A stretch of 64,000 nucleotides of DNA, taken from positions 2,765-66,764 of the IMG/VR virus record IMGVR_UViG_3300047160_014550. The stretch is one strand, 5' to 3'. The position numbers were made by a program, and so were the translations under genes. The DNA comes from a virus. Its lineage: Duplodnaviria > Caudoviricetes. The notes below the pieces were generated by a model, which did not search any database, was not told the DNA's origin, and saw only the letters and a program-made list of their open reading frames with translations. Of this stretch, positions 53,516 to 61,902 are shown piece by piece. The number at the start of each line of letters is the position of its first letter. Position 1 is the stretch's first letter.

Positions 53516-53822
53516 AGAGACCGACGAGCACTTCTTCACGTTCCATCCCGACCGGCAGATCCGCATCCGCCTGCCGGAGGGCAACGAATGCCAGAACGAG
53601 TTCCGCTCGCTCGGCGACCACAACGCCGCGCGCCGCCGGATTCTCGTCTACCGGGTGCCCAAGGACAACCCGTACTACGACCCGAATAAAAGACCGTTGT
53701 TGAAAATTCCCTTCTTGCTTTTCTCGGAGGAAAGTGTAGAGGATACTGATGAGATTCTTCTTCCCATCCTCCATGAGATCATGATGGACGCTGCCAAAAA
53801 TGCCCGCAAAACTCGACCTTAG
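53508..53822 (+). CDS. Hypothetical protein
   Basis: Coupled to upstream stop; typical codon usage. Confidence 0.55.
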   Translation: MARETDEHFFTFHPDRQIRIRLPEGNECQNEFRSLGDHNAARRRILVYRVPKDNPYYDPNKRPLLKIPFLLFSEESVEDTDEILLPILHEIMMDAAKNARKTRP

Positions 53823-54399
53823 TAATCGGCAATTCGGCAGATTGTGGGTTACCGCTAAAGTAGAAAGTCGTTGGCGCGGTGATAGAAAGCGGCGTTTTTG
53901 GCTGTGCCAGTGTACTTGCGGGCGTGAGATATGGGTTGATTGTTCTAATTTGGTGATAGGCAATTCTACAAGTTGTAATATCTGCTGCAAAGGCACACAT
54001 AGATTAAGCTCGACGCTGACGTATAGAGTATGGGCTAACATGCTGAGCCGCTGCCGCGATTCCAATAACGACGGTTATTACTTGTACGGAGGTCGAGGCA
54101 TCAAGGTGTGCGATCGATGGATCAACTTTGAAAATTTTCACGCTGATATGGGCAATAAGCCCATAGGGCGTTCCATAGATCGTATTGATAGTGACGGTGA
54201 CTATGAACCGGCTAATTGTCGTTGGGCTACTCCGAAAGAGCAGGCAGCTACTCGGCGGTCGACAAGGCTGTCCTTTGAAAAAGCCAAGCAGATCAGGCAG
54301 TTATATAAGGACGGCATGATAAAAGCGAACATTGCGAGGCAGTTTGGTGTTTCGTTCGCTGCCATCTGCCGCGTGCTGGATGGCAGTAGATGGGTATGA
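53800..54399 (+). CDS. HNH homing-endonuclease-like protein with C-terminal HTH
   Basis: FGRL.V, WLCQC.CG, Y..W..M..RC, YGGRGI.VC.RW..F..F..DMG, SIDRID.DGDYEP.NCRWAT; low GC. Confidence 0.85.
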   Translation: MPAKLDLSNRQFGRLWVTAKVESRWRGDRKRRFWLCQCTCGREIWVDCSNLVIGNSTSCNICCKGTHRLSSTLTYRVWANMLSRCRDSNNDGYYLYGGRGIKVCDRWINFENFHADMGNKPIGRSIDRIDSDGDYEPANCRWATPKEQAATRRSTRLSFEKAKQIRQLYKDGMIKANIARQFGVSFAAICRVLDGSRWV

Positions 54400-54401
54400 G
54401 T

Positions 54402-54553
54402 TCCGGTGTCGCCATGGAGTCCCAAGCCTGCACGTTTCCCGTGTGACACCGGGAAGTCCCGTCCATCGCGTGCGGTTGGCGGGAGGGCTGTACGCGCAGC
54501 CTGAAGGGAGGTGCCGGAGCGCGGTAGGCTCTTGAGATCCGGCATCTCCCACG
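54402..54553 (+). ncRNA. Structured RNA candidate, copy 1
   Basis: Successive stems; core GGCTGTACGCGCAGCC (54486-54501) then GGGA-stem-TCCCACG. Confidence 0.5.
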
Positions 54554-54606
54554 TGTTAATGCCAAAATTCCACACGGCTGCGGAATTTAAAAGGGGAGAC
54601 AGATCA

Positions 54607-54822
54607 ATGGCATGGACGAAATCGGTGTATTCCTCGATGATCGATGAAATCTCTTACGACGAGGACCGCAAGGTCATGGCCGTGAAATTCTCCAAGGGCG
54701 GCCTCTACGAGTACGAGGGCGTCTCGGAGGACGTCGCGAGCGCCCTTGCCAGCGCCCCGTCGGTCGGGCAGATGTTCCTCTCCGACATCCGCAACAGCTA
54801 CACGGCGAAGCGCATCCGATGA
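54607..54822 (+). CDS. KTSC-domain protein
   Basis: SS.I..I.YD......V.F..G..YEY.GV...V...L..APS.G.....IRN.Y; GGGGAG RBS. Confidence 0.85.
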   Translation: MAWTKSVYSSMIDEISYDEDRKVMAVKFSKGGLYEYEGVSEDVASALASAPSVGQMFLSDIRNSYTAKRIR

Positions 54823-55055
54823 GCGAGGTCGAGCCCTTCTCCAACATGGCGACCCGCATCGCCAACAACGCCGCCGAGCCCTTCGGCGGCGCCTGCGTGA
54901 TCGTGCCGCCCGGCGAGGTCGAGCCGATCGAGCTGCTCATCCTCGACGTGACGGCCGACCCCGACCCGGCGCAGTTTCTCGCCCTGGTCAAGTCGCGGAT
55001 CGACTTTGCGATCATTGCGATGGAGCGTAATCTCGCTACCGCAGGCCGTCGCTAA
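54819..55055 (+). CDS. Hypothetical protein
   Basis: ATGA overlap with KTSC gene. Confidence 0.6.
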   Translation: MSEVEPFSNMATRIANNAAEPFGGACVIVPPGEVEPIELLILDVTADPDPAQFLALVKSRIDFAIIAMERNLATAGRR

Positions 55056-55186
55056 AAATTCCGGCTGGCGTCCCCGTCTCCCCGACGCCGTTCGTCTGCC
55101 GGATGGCTGTACGCGCAGCCATGGAGGGACGTCGCGCCTTTATCCCATTCGGGCGCGGCGTCCCACGCGGCCCCGTCCCGGAATTT
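55056..55186 (+). ncRNA. Structured RNA candidate, copy 2
   Basis: Closing stem aaattccg/cggaattt; identical GGCTGTACGCGCAGCC (55105-55120) then GGGA-different stem-TCCCACG. Confidence 0.5.
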
Positions 55187-55230
55187 CCCCAATTATGGAA
55201 ATAAGGGGCATCTCTGTACTTTAAGGAATT

Positions 55231-55259
55231 TTGACAACTCCTTGTTCCCGCAATAGTTT
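55231..55259 (+). promoter_or_regulatory. Sigma70-type promoter for terL, probably leaderless
   Basis: TTGACA-17-TAGTTT; ATG 8 nt downstream; no SD. Confidence 0.65.
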
Positions 55260-55267
55260 CTCGCCTT

Positions 55268-57184
55268 ATGGCGGGCTGGTCCAAATCCAAGCGCACCCAG
55301 TACGAGAACGCCTTCCGCGTCTTCCTCTCGCACTGCTTCATCAACTCCAAGGAAAAGGGGTTCATGTGCCTGGGCAAGGACATGTACACCTCCCAGGAAC
55401 GTTTCATCACCTTCGTCTTCGACTGCCTCGAACGCGACATCCACAACATCTTCGTCCTGAAATCCCGTCAGCTCGGCATCACCACGATCGCCCGCGCGCT
55501 CACCACGTTCTTCCTCGGAATGTTTCGCGGCCTGCCGGGCTGCCTCGTCTTCGACTCGGCCGAGAACAAGAACACGGCCCGCGACGAACTCCTGACGATG
55601 CTCGCCGACCTCCCGGTCCAGCTTCGCTTCCCCCCGGTGAAAAAAGACAACCGCGAGGGCCTCACCCTCGCCAACGACGCCCGCATCCTGTTTAAGCACG
55701 CAGGCGTTAAAAGATCGAAAAGCACGGGGACGCTGGGGCGCTCGGTGGGTCTTGCCTTCGCCCACGTCTCGGAGATCTGCTCGTTCGACTCATCGTCCGC
55801 CGAGTCCTTGATCTCGTTCAGGAAATCTCTGGCGCAGACCAACCCTGACCGGCTTTACATCTGGGAGTCGACCGCGCGCGGCTACGTCGGGCTCTGGCAC
55901 GGCATGTGGCGCGAGGCGCTCGACGACCCCGAGCATTGCGGCTCCCTCTTCGTCGGCTGGTGGTCGCGGAACGACCAGCGCATCTCCCGCACCTCACCCG
56001 ATTGGCGGCTCTATGGCGAGATGGAGCCGACGCTCCAAGAGGCTGAACAGATCCGCCTCGTCAAGGAACAGTACGACTTCGAGGTCACCCGCGAGCAGCT
56101 CGCGTGGTATCGGCGGCAGATCGACCCCTCGGCCCGGTCGCAGGGCGACACTGACGCCGGGTTCGAGGCCGACCCGCTCAAGATGCAGGAAGACCCCTGG
56201 ACTGCCGACGAAGCGTTCCAGCAGACCGGTTCCGTCTTTTTTCTCAACCAGAAGCTCAACGAGCAGACCCAGCAGAACGTCAGCAAGGATTTCGAGGGTT
56301 ATACCTACATTTGCGGCGTCGATTTCCTCCATACGCAGGTGTTCAAATCCCCCAACACCCGCATGCTGGAGCTGAAGGTCTGGGAGCCCCCCAGGCAGAA
56401 CGCCACCTACGTGATCGGCGTCGACCCGGCTTACGGGTCGAACGAAAAGAACGATCACTCGTGCATTCAGGTGCTTCGCTGCTGGGCCGATGGGGTGGAT
56501 CAGGTGGCGGAATATGATTCGCCCCTCATCGCCACCCACCAGCTCGCCTGGGTCATCGCCAGCCTGCTCGGCTGGTACGGTGGTCCGCCCCAGGCCGACG
56601 TACGATATATCCTCGAACTCAACGGGCCGGGCACGGCCGTCTTTAATGAATTGAACTCGCTGCGCCGCCAAGTAGAGAATGTCCACCGTGCGCCGCAGGT
56701 AGACGAGAAGGCGCTGGGCAACATCTTTCGGAACGTCAAGACGTACATTTATTCGCGGGCTGACAGCCTCGGTCCCGGTCATAACTTTCACTTTAAGACT
56801 CAGTTGCAGACCAAGATCACCTTGATGGAACGCCTGCGGGACTTCGTCCACACGGGCATCCTGCACGTGCGCTCGATCGACGCCATCGAGGACATGAAGG
56901 GTATCCGCCGCGACGGCGATTCGATAGGGGCGCCGGACGGCGTCCACGACGACCGCGTGGTCGCGCTGGGGCTGGGCTGCGAGTACTGGGATACCCGGAT
57001 ACGCCCCGGCCTGCTCAACATGAACCGGACCCGCGCGGCCGACGCCGCACGCGAGACGTCGAACCTCGCCGACCGTTACCGCCTGCTTAACAATGACATG
57101 ATGACCCAGTTCTTCAAGTCGAAGACCCACGAGCGCGTCATGCTCAAGCGGGCCGAGCTGCGCCGGCAATGGAGAGGTCGATGA
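55268..57184 (+). CDS. terL: Terminase large subunit
   Basis: LKSRQLGITT Walker A, HVSE Walker B, YIWESTA, VIGVDPAYG, HDDRV nuclease motifs. Confidence 0.92.
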   Translation: MAGWSKSKRTQYENAFRVFLSHCFINSKEKGFMCLGKDMYTSQERFITFVFDCLERDIHNIFVLKSRQLGITTIARALTTFFLGMFRGLPGCLVFDSAENKNTARDELLTMLADLPVQLRFPPVKKDNREGLTLANDARILFKHAGVKRSKSTGTLGRSVGLAFAHVSEICSFDSSSAESLISFRKSLAQTNPDRLYIWESTARGYVGLWHGMWREALDDPEHCGSLFVGWWSRNDQRISRTSPDWRLYGEMEPTLQEAEQIRLVKEQYDFEVTREQLAWYRRQIDPSARSQGDTDAGFEADPLKMQEDPWTADEAFQQTGSVFFLNQKLNEQTQQNVSKDFEGYTYICGVDFLHTQVFKSPNTRMLELKVWEPPRQNATYVIGVDPAYGSNEKNDHSCIQVLRCWADGVDQVAEYDSPLIATHQLAWVIASLLGWYGGPPQADVRYILELNGPGTAVFNELNSLRRQVENVHRAPQVDEKALGNIFRNVKTYIYSRADSLGPGHNFHFKTQLQTKITLMERLRDFVHTGILHVRSIDAIEDMKGIRRDGDSIGAPDGVHDDRVVALGLGCEYWDTRIRPGLLNMNRTRAADAARETSNLADRYRLLNNDMMTQFFKSKTHERVMLKRAELRRQWRGR

Positions 57185-57450
57185 ACCTTCTGCATACGAC
57201 GCTCGTTGAAAACGATTTTCATTCGGCGGTCAGCATCAGCCCGACGCATATTACCAACTTTTATCCGCATCATTTGTACCCGGACAAGACTGTTATCTGG
57301 ATAGCAGGACAAGGTCATCCTCTTCTCATCGAGAAGCTTTATGAAGAATTGAAAACGTGGATGGATGCTCTCGAAGTCAACGTTGCCAGCGACAAGCCCG
57401 GTAAAAGCAATTCCATTGTTCAGCCTGCCAAATTGGATTGGGGAAAGTGA
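57181..57450 (+). CDS. Hypothetical protein
   Basis: ATGA overlap with terL stop. Confidence 0.5.
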   Translation: MNLLHTTLVENDFHSAVSISPTHITNFYPHHLYPDKTVIWIAGQGHPLLIEKLYEELKTWMDALEVNVASDKPGKSNSIVQPAKLDWGK

Positions 57451-57944
57451 TGCGCTTCAAGGTGCGCTGCTCGGCCTGTCAGGAAAAGTTCTCGTCCACC
57501 ATTTGGCCGCCCAAGGCATGCCCCAACTGCGGCGTGACCAACGACGATCTTGACGATAACGACGAGATCTGCATGCCGTCGATTCGCTCGATGCGGATGG
57601 CCACGACCGACAAGGTCTACCGGGACATGGAGCGCGCCTCGGAAGAGCGCGTGCATAAGGCGGCCGAGATGGCCGGCGTGCCGGCCTCGGAGATGGCGGA
57701 CCTGAAGATCACCAACCTCAACGACCGGCGCGATGCGGAGATTGCCGCCATGCCGGTCAAGAACGAGGTGTCGCAGGCGCTCGAACAGAAAGGTCCATGG
57801 GGCTTTCAGGCGAACGCCTCGGCGTTCACCGGCTCGGTGGCCTCGGGCGCGGTCGTCGTCGGCGGCAAGCCGACCGGGCAGTTCGTCGAGCCGCGTAAGG
57901 GCATGCGGACGCTAAACCTCATTAAAGACGGGCACCAGTCATGA
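57450..57944 (+). CDS. Zn-ribbon protein
   Basis: RCSACQ...CPNCG; coupled start/stop. Confidence 0.65.
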   Translation: MRFKVRCSACQEKFSSTIWPPKACPNCGVTNDDLDDNDEICMPSIRSMRMATTDKVYRDMERASEERVHKAAEMAGVPASEMADLKITNLNDRRDAEIAAMPVKNEVSQALEQKGPWGFQANASAFTGSVASGAVVVGGKPTGQFVEPRKGMRTLNLIKDGHQS

Positions 57945-59680
57945 TCCCTGACATCCCGACCGACAAGATCAAGCTGACCAAGTTCATCCTCGACCTCGTC
58001 GAGACCTGCCGCGCCTCGATCGGTTTGCGGTCGGCCTACTACCGCATGCTGCACGGTATCGCCGAGACCGGGCGCTACGACGGCACGAAGTCTCTCGTCA
58101 ACATGATGTATGCGCACCTGACGCGCACGGCTGCTATGCTGTTCTCGCCCGTCGAGCTGGAGTTCAAGTGCGCGTTCGCGCGCCCTGTCCCGCCCGACGT
58201 GCAGAAGAAGGGCCATGCCTTTGCGCATCAGGTGACGGAACTCTGGGACAATAACAACATCGACATGGAGTTCGGCCGGGGCGTATTTGAGGCGCTCAAA
58301 TACGGCGCTTGTTTCCTCAAGCAATGGCCGCAGATGGAAGGCGAGATTGGCAAGGAGTACCCGACCTATCATTCGAAACTGGTGATGCCCTGGCAGTTCG
58401 GCGTCTACCGCGAGGACGAGAACAAGCTGGAAAATCAGGAGGTCTTGTGCGAGACGTCGACCTTGTCCATGCCGGAGGTCTGGTATCGCATTCACAAGTT
58501 CTCCGATGCCGAGACCCTCTTCAAGCGGATCAAGACCCACGCCCGCAAGGGAAACTCCGACTACGAGCCGTCGTCTTTTTTCCATCAGGTGCTCAGCACC
58601 AACCAGCTCAACACGACCGGGCAGGCGGGCCTCGTGCGTCCCGGCGGCATCGTCAACCTTCAGAACGATCCCGTCACGGCCATCATGGGACCGGTGCTCA
58701 ATGTCGACGTCGTGCAGATGCACGAGATATGGGTGAAAGCGGACGAGAACCGCTACGTCACGCTTCAGTTGATCGAGCCGGACATCCTCATCAGCAAGTT
58801 CAAGCACGACAACCTGCTGATCAGTAGCGAGACCGGCAATGGCAACATCCACCCCTATACCCTCATTCAGCCCAATGAGGTGTCGAGCTGGATCTGGGGC
58901 CGCTCCGAACTCGTGGACATCGTCGAGCCGCAGCAGCTCCTCTCGACGTGGATGGACGACGCCAAGCGTCTCCTGGGGCTGCAGATCGATCGCTTCCTGG
59001 CGATCATCGGTGAGGCGGGATTATCGGATGAGGTCTACGGGCAAGCGCGGCTCGCCGGCTACATGAACATCTCCTCGCCGACGACCAAGATCGAAGACTT
59101 GACCCCGGACATGCCGGAGCAGCTTCTGCCCATGATCAAGTTCATCATCGAGACCATCAACACCTTGGGCGGCTTCCCGCCCATCCTGCAGGGCCAGGGC
59201 GAGGCCGGCGTGCGCGCGGGCGTGCATGCCGAGACCCTGGTGAAGACCGGGTCGCCGACCCTGCGCGACCGCGCGCTCTTGGTCGAGCGCCAGTGCGCGT
59301 CGGCGGCCGACAAGACCGGCACGATCATGGAGGCGAAGGAGGAGCAGTTCTACTGGTCCGACGGCGACACCGTCGACCAGATCAACAAGACGCTGTTTCT
59401 GATCTCGCAGCTTCCGCCCTGGTGGAAGATACAGGTCGACAGCCACAAGTCGTCGCCGATCTTCGCCAACGAGTCAGGGCAGCTCATCTTCGCGGGCGCG
59501 AAACTCGGCTGGGTCGATGGCGAGTACGGGCTCGACAACATGCCCTTCCCGAACAAGGAAATGGCTCAGCAGCGGCTGCGCGCGAAGGAGAAGCAGCAGG
59601 CGGCCCTGATGCAGGAACTCTTGAAGCGTGACCCGGAGGCGCTCGAAAAGATCATGGCCAAGAAGGGCGGGCACCACTAG
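57941..59680 (+). CDS. Portal protein
   Basis: 579 aa between terL and scaffold/capsid; GRSEL..I...Q..L, helical, GRGVFEAL.YG. Confidence 0.8.
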   Translation: MIPDIPTDKIKLTKFILDLVETCRASIGLRSAYYRMLHGIAETGRYDGTKSLVNMMYAHLTRTAAMLFSPVELEFKCAFARPVPPDVQKKGHAFAHQVTELWDNNNIDMEFGRGVFEALKYGACFLKQWPQMEGEIGKEYPTYHSKLVMPWQFGVYREDENKLENQEVLCETSTLSMPEVWYRIHKFSDAETLFKRIKTHARKGNSDYEPSSFFHQVLSTNQLNTTGQAGLVRPGGIVNLQNDPVTAIMGPVLNVDVVQMHEIWVKADENRYVTLQLIEPDILISKFKHDNLLISSETGNGNIHPYTLIQPNEVSSWIWGRSELVDIVEPQQLLSTWMDDAKRLLGLQIDRFLAIIGEAGLSDEVYGQARLAGYMNISSPTTKIEDLTPDMPEQLLPMIKFIIETINTLGGFPPILQGQGEAGVRAGVHAETLVKTGSPTLRDRALLVERQCASAADKTGTIMEAKEEQFYWSDGDTVDQINKTLFLISQLPPWWKIQVDSHKSSPIFANESGQLIFAGAKLGWVDGEYGLDNMPFPNKEMAQQRLRAKEKQQAALMQELLKRDPEALEKIMAKKGGHH

Positions 59681-60027
59681 CCGATGCGCGGCCCGACGAT
59701 TGGCATCCGGCCGCCCATGATGGCCTGCTGCTTGGCGCGCTGCGCAGCCTGCTGCAGCTCGGGGTCGCTGCCCATTTCCTTCTGGGTGATGGCGGTGATT
59801 CGCAACTGGCGAAGCCCGTTCTCGACGTGGACGCGCTGCGAGCGTTCGAGGTCTTCGACCATGACGGCGTGAATGTCGCCGTAGATTGTGACGCGTTGAC
59901 CGTAGTCGTCTTCGGTCATGCCTCCTTCACGGAGATGCCCTCGGGCTTGCTCGGCGCTTTCTTCGCTGTTGAACAGCAGTGTCCACATGGACGCCGCCGG
60001 CCCAAACATGACAGTCAAGCCGTACAT
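59677..60027 (-). CDS. Hypothetical protein
   Basis: Coherent ORF converging on the portal stop. Confidence 0.55.
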   Translation of the reverse strand: MYGLTVMFGPAASMWTLLFNSEESAEQARGHLREGGMTEDDYGQRVTIYGDIHAVMVEDLERSQRVHVENGLRQLRITAITQKEMGSDPELQQAAQRAKQQAIMGGRMPIVGPRIG

Positions 60028-60293
60028 CGTTCGCGCCTCGCCATCATCTGCAGCCGCTCCTTGGTGAGATCGAGGTAGTCGAACGGCCCGCGCGAATCGA
60101 GCCAGATCTTCAGCTCGCCGCGATGGATGCGCATCACGCGGCGGTCGCCGCTGACGTTATATCGAAAAAGATGGACGCGCGGTCCCAGACCCTCGTGGAT
60201 CAGGTTGTAGAGGGTCTTGTAGTCGATCCCGAGCAGGCGTGACACCTGCTTGATGGTCAGGAACTCGGCGGCCGAGTCTGCTGAGTCTGCCAT
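60015..60293 (-). CDS. Excisionase/AlpA-like HTH protein
   Basis: FLTIKQVSRLLGIDYKTLYNLIHEG.GP...RI...L..WL. Confidence 0.75.
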   Translation of the reverse strand: MADSADSAAEFLTIKQVSRLLGIDYKTLYNLIHEGLGPRVHLFRYNVSGDRRVMRIHRGELKIWLDSRGPFDYLDLTKERLQMMARRERCTA

Positions 60294-60422
60294 GCCTTTC
60301 GTCTTTAATTCGAAACGAGATGCCAAGTCAATACCGAATCGCCCTCGATATACAACAGCTTAGTCTTTAACGCCCACACTATGATGACGTCCGCAAGTGC
60401 AACGCTGTGATAGGAGGTTCTC

Positions 60423-60467
60423 ATGGTGACGCGTTACAGGCGTGGCCGTCGGCGCGGCCGACGGTAA
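60423..60467 (+). CDS. 14-aa Arg-rich peptide MVTRYRRGRRRGRR
   Basis: AGGAGG RBS 5 nt before ATG; first ORF of the head operon. Confidence 0.6.
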   Translation: MVTRYRRGRRRGRR

Positions 60468-60497
60468 GCAAAGACGGCCGGTTATCCGGCGGCCAAG

Positions 60498-60896
60498 ATG
60501 CCAGCCCCAGCACAGCCCGGAGCACCTCCCGCCCAAACGCCCATGGGCCAGTCATCCGCTGTCCAGGCGACTCCTAATCGCGGGATGGAGGCGGCTGCAG
60601 GGCAAAAGCTGGGGCTCGTCTTGAATTTATTGGTAATGATGGTGCCGCAAGTCGGCGTGAACTCGCCGCTTGGCAAGGATCTTATCGACACCATCCAGAA
60701 GCTGGGCAAGCACGTGCCCCCCGGATCGGTGTCGCCGGCTTCCCAGCAGAACGACATCCAGAACCTGCAGATGCGCAATGCGCAGCAGAACCAGCAGATG
60801 CAGGCGATGCGTCAGCGGCAGATGCAGGGCGCCATGGGTGGAGGTGGCGGGCCGCCCGGTGGGGGTGGCGAGGCGCCTCCGGGGGTGGCCGCATGA
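60498..60896 (+). CDS. Pro/Gln/Gly-rich head-module protein
   Basis: Low-complexity ends with a helical core. Confidence 0.6.
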   Translation: MPAPAQPGAPPAQTPMGQSSAVQATPNRGMEAAAGQKLGLVLNLLVMMVPQVGVNSPLGKDLIDTIQKLGKHVPPGSVSPASQQNDIQNLQMRNAQQNQQMQAMRQRQMQGAMGGGGGPPGGGGEAPPGVAA

Positions 60897-61087
60897 GCAA
60901 GAAGCTCTTCGAAGACATGACGACGTCGGAGGCCGTGCATCCGTCCGCATCGTCGGCTGAGCCGTACATGCGCTCGAAGCAGGACCTCAAGGATCTGTTC
61001 GAGAACGAGGCGTCGCTGCCCGGACTGCGCAAGTACCCGAACGGCGTGGTGAGCGTCGAGCGCCCGCGCCGGGGTCACGATTACTGA
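60893..61087 (+). CDS. Small hypothetical protein
   Basis: ATGA overlap. Confidence 0.55.
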   Translation: MSKKLFEDMTTSEAVHPSASSAEPYMRSKQDLKDLFENEASLPGLRKYPNGVVSVERPRRGHDY

Positions 61088-61097
61088 GGAGACTGAC

Positions 61098-61292
61098 ATG
61101 GCCAATTTCGACATCTTTCGCAACAACGCCAAGTCCATTCCGACCAGCGACGGGCAGATCGTGCGCGTCGACATGGAGGAGCTGGAGATCGGCGGGCGCA
61201 AGTCGCATCTGCCGTCGTCCTCAAAATCCGAATCGATGGCGCTCTCGCACGTGCCGAATGCTGGCACGAATGTCGGGACCGGAGTGAAGTAA
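61098..61292 (+). CDS. Small hypothetical protein
   Basis: GAGGAG RBS. Confidence 0.6.
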   Translation: MANFDIFRNNAKSIPTSDGQIVRVDMEELEIGGRKSHLPSSSKSESMALSHVPNAGTNVGTGVK

Positions 61293-61886
61293 ATGGCGGG
61301 CAAGATCCTCGAAGTCACCGAGGAAGCCTGGAACCGCGCGGTGCAGATCGAGGGCGCGCTCGCCAAGATCGTCAACAACTCGCAGGCCAAGCTGCTGCTT
61401 CAAAAGGCCCACAAGCTCGCCGATCCGACCGCGATTACCCCCGAACTCGACCGCGAGAATGCCGAGAACGATCGCGTCGCGGGCATCAAGAAGGAGTTCG
61501 ACGAGTACAAGGCCGAGCAGGCGAAGCTTGCCGCCGAAGCCGAGCAGCAGCGCAAGATCGCCGAGCTGAGCCAGAAGATCGAGACCGGTCTCGCCGGCCT
61601 GAAAAGCCGGCATCATCTCACCGACGAGGGCGTCGCCGCCGTCCGCAAGATCATGGACGAAGAAGGCATCCTCAATCCCGAGACTGCTTACGCGGCCCTC
61701 GAAAAGCGGCATCCGCCGCAGGATCTGCTCACGCCCCGTGGCAACACGTCGTGGAATTTCATGGCCATCGACGACAAGGACGCGGGCGCGGACTACGCCA
61801 AGAAGCTCATCGACACCAAGGGTAAGAACGATCTCGTGCTTGATCGCGAGGTTTTCGCTGCGCTCAACGACGTGCGGGCGCGCTGA
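61293..61886 (+). CDS. Capsid scaffolding protein
   Basis: Charged coiled coil immediately before the major capsid gene. Confidence 0.65.
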   Translation: MAGKILEVTEEAWNRAVQIEGALAKIVNNSQAKLLLQKAHKLADPTAITPELDRENAENDRVAGIKKEFDEYKAEQAKLAAEAEQQRKIAELSQKIETGLAGLKSRHHLTDEGVAAVRKIMDEEGILNPETAYAALEKRHPPQDLLTPRGNTSWNFMAIDDKDAGADYAKKLIDTKGKNDLVLDREVFAALNDVRAR

Positions 61887-61902
61887 CTGAGGAGATGCTC
61901 AC

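Noticed and set aside
53475-54065. Antisense ORF over the third HNH
   Set aside because: It covers only part of the HNH, overlaps another gene, and has no coupling signals, unlike the two cases reported
54402-55186. tRNA genes
   Set aside because: No cloverleaf with T-loop GTTC or D-loop consensus; reported as unknown structured RNAs instead
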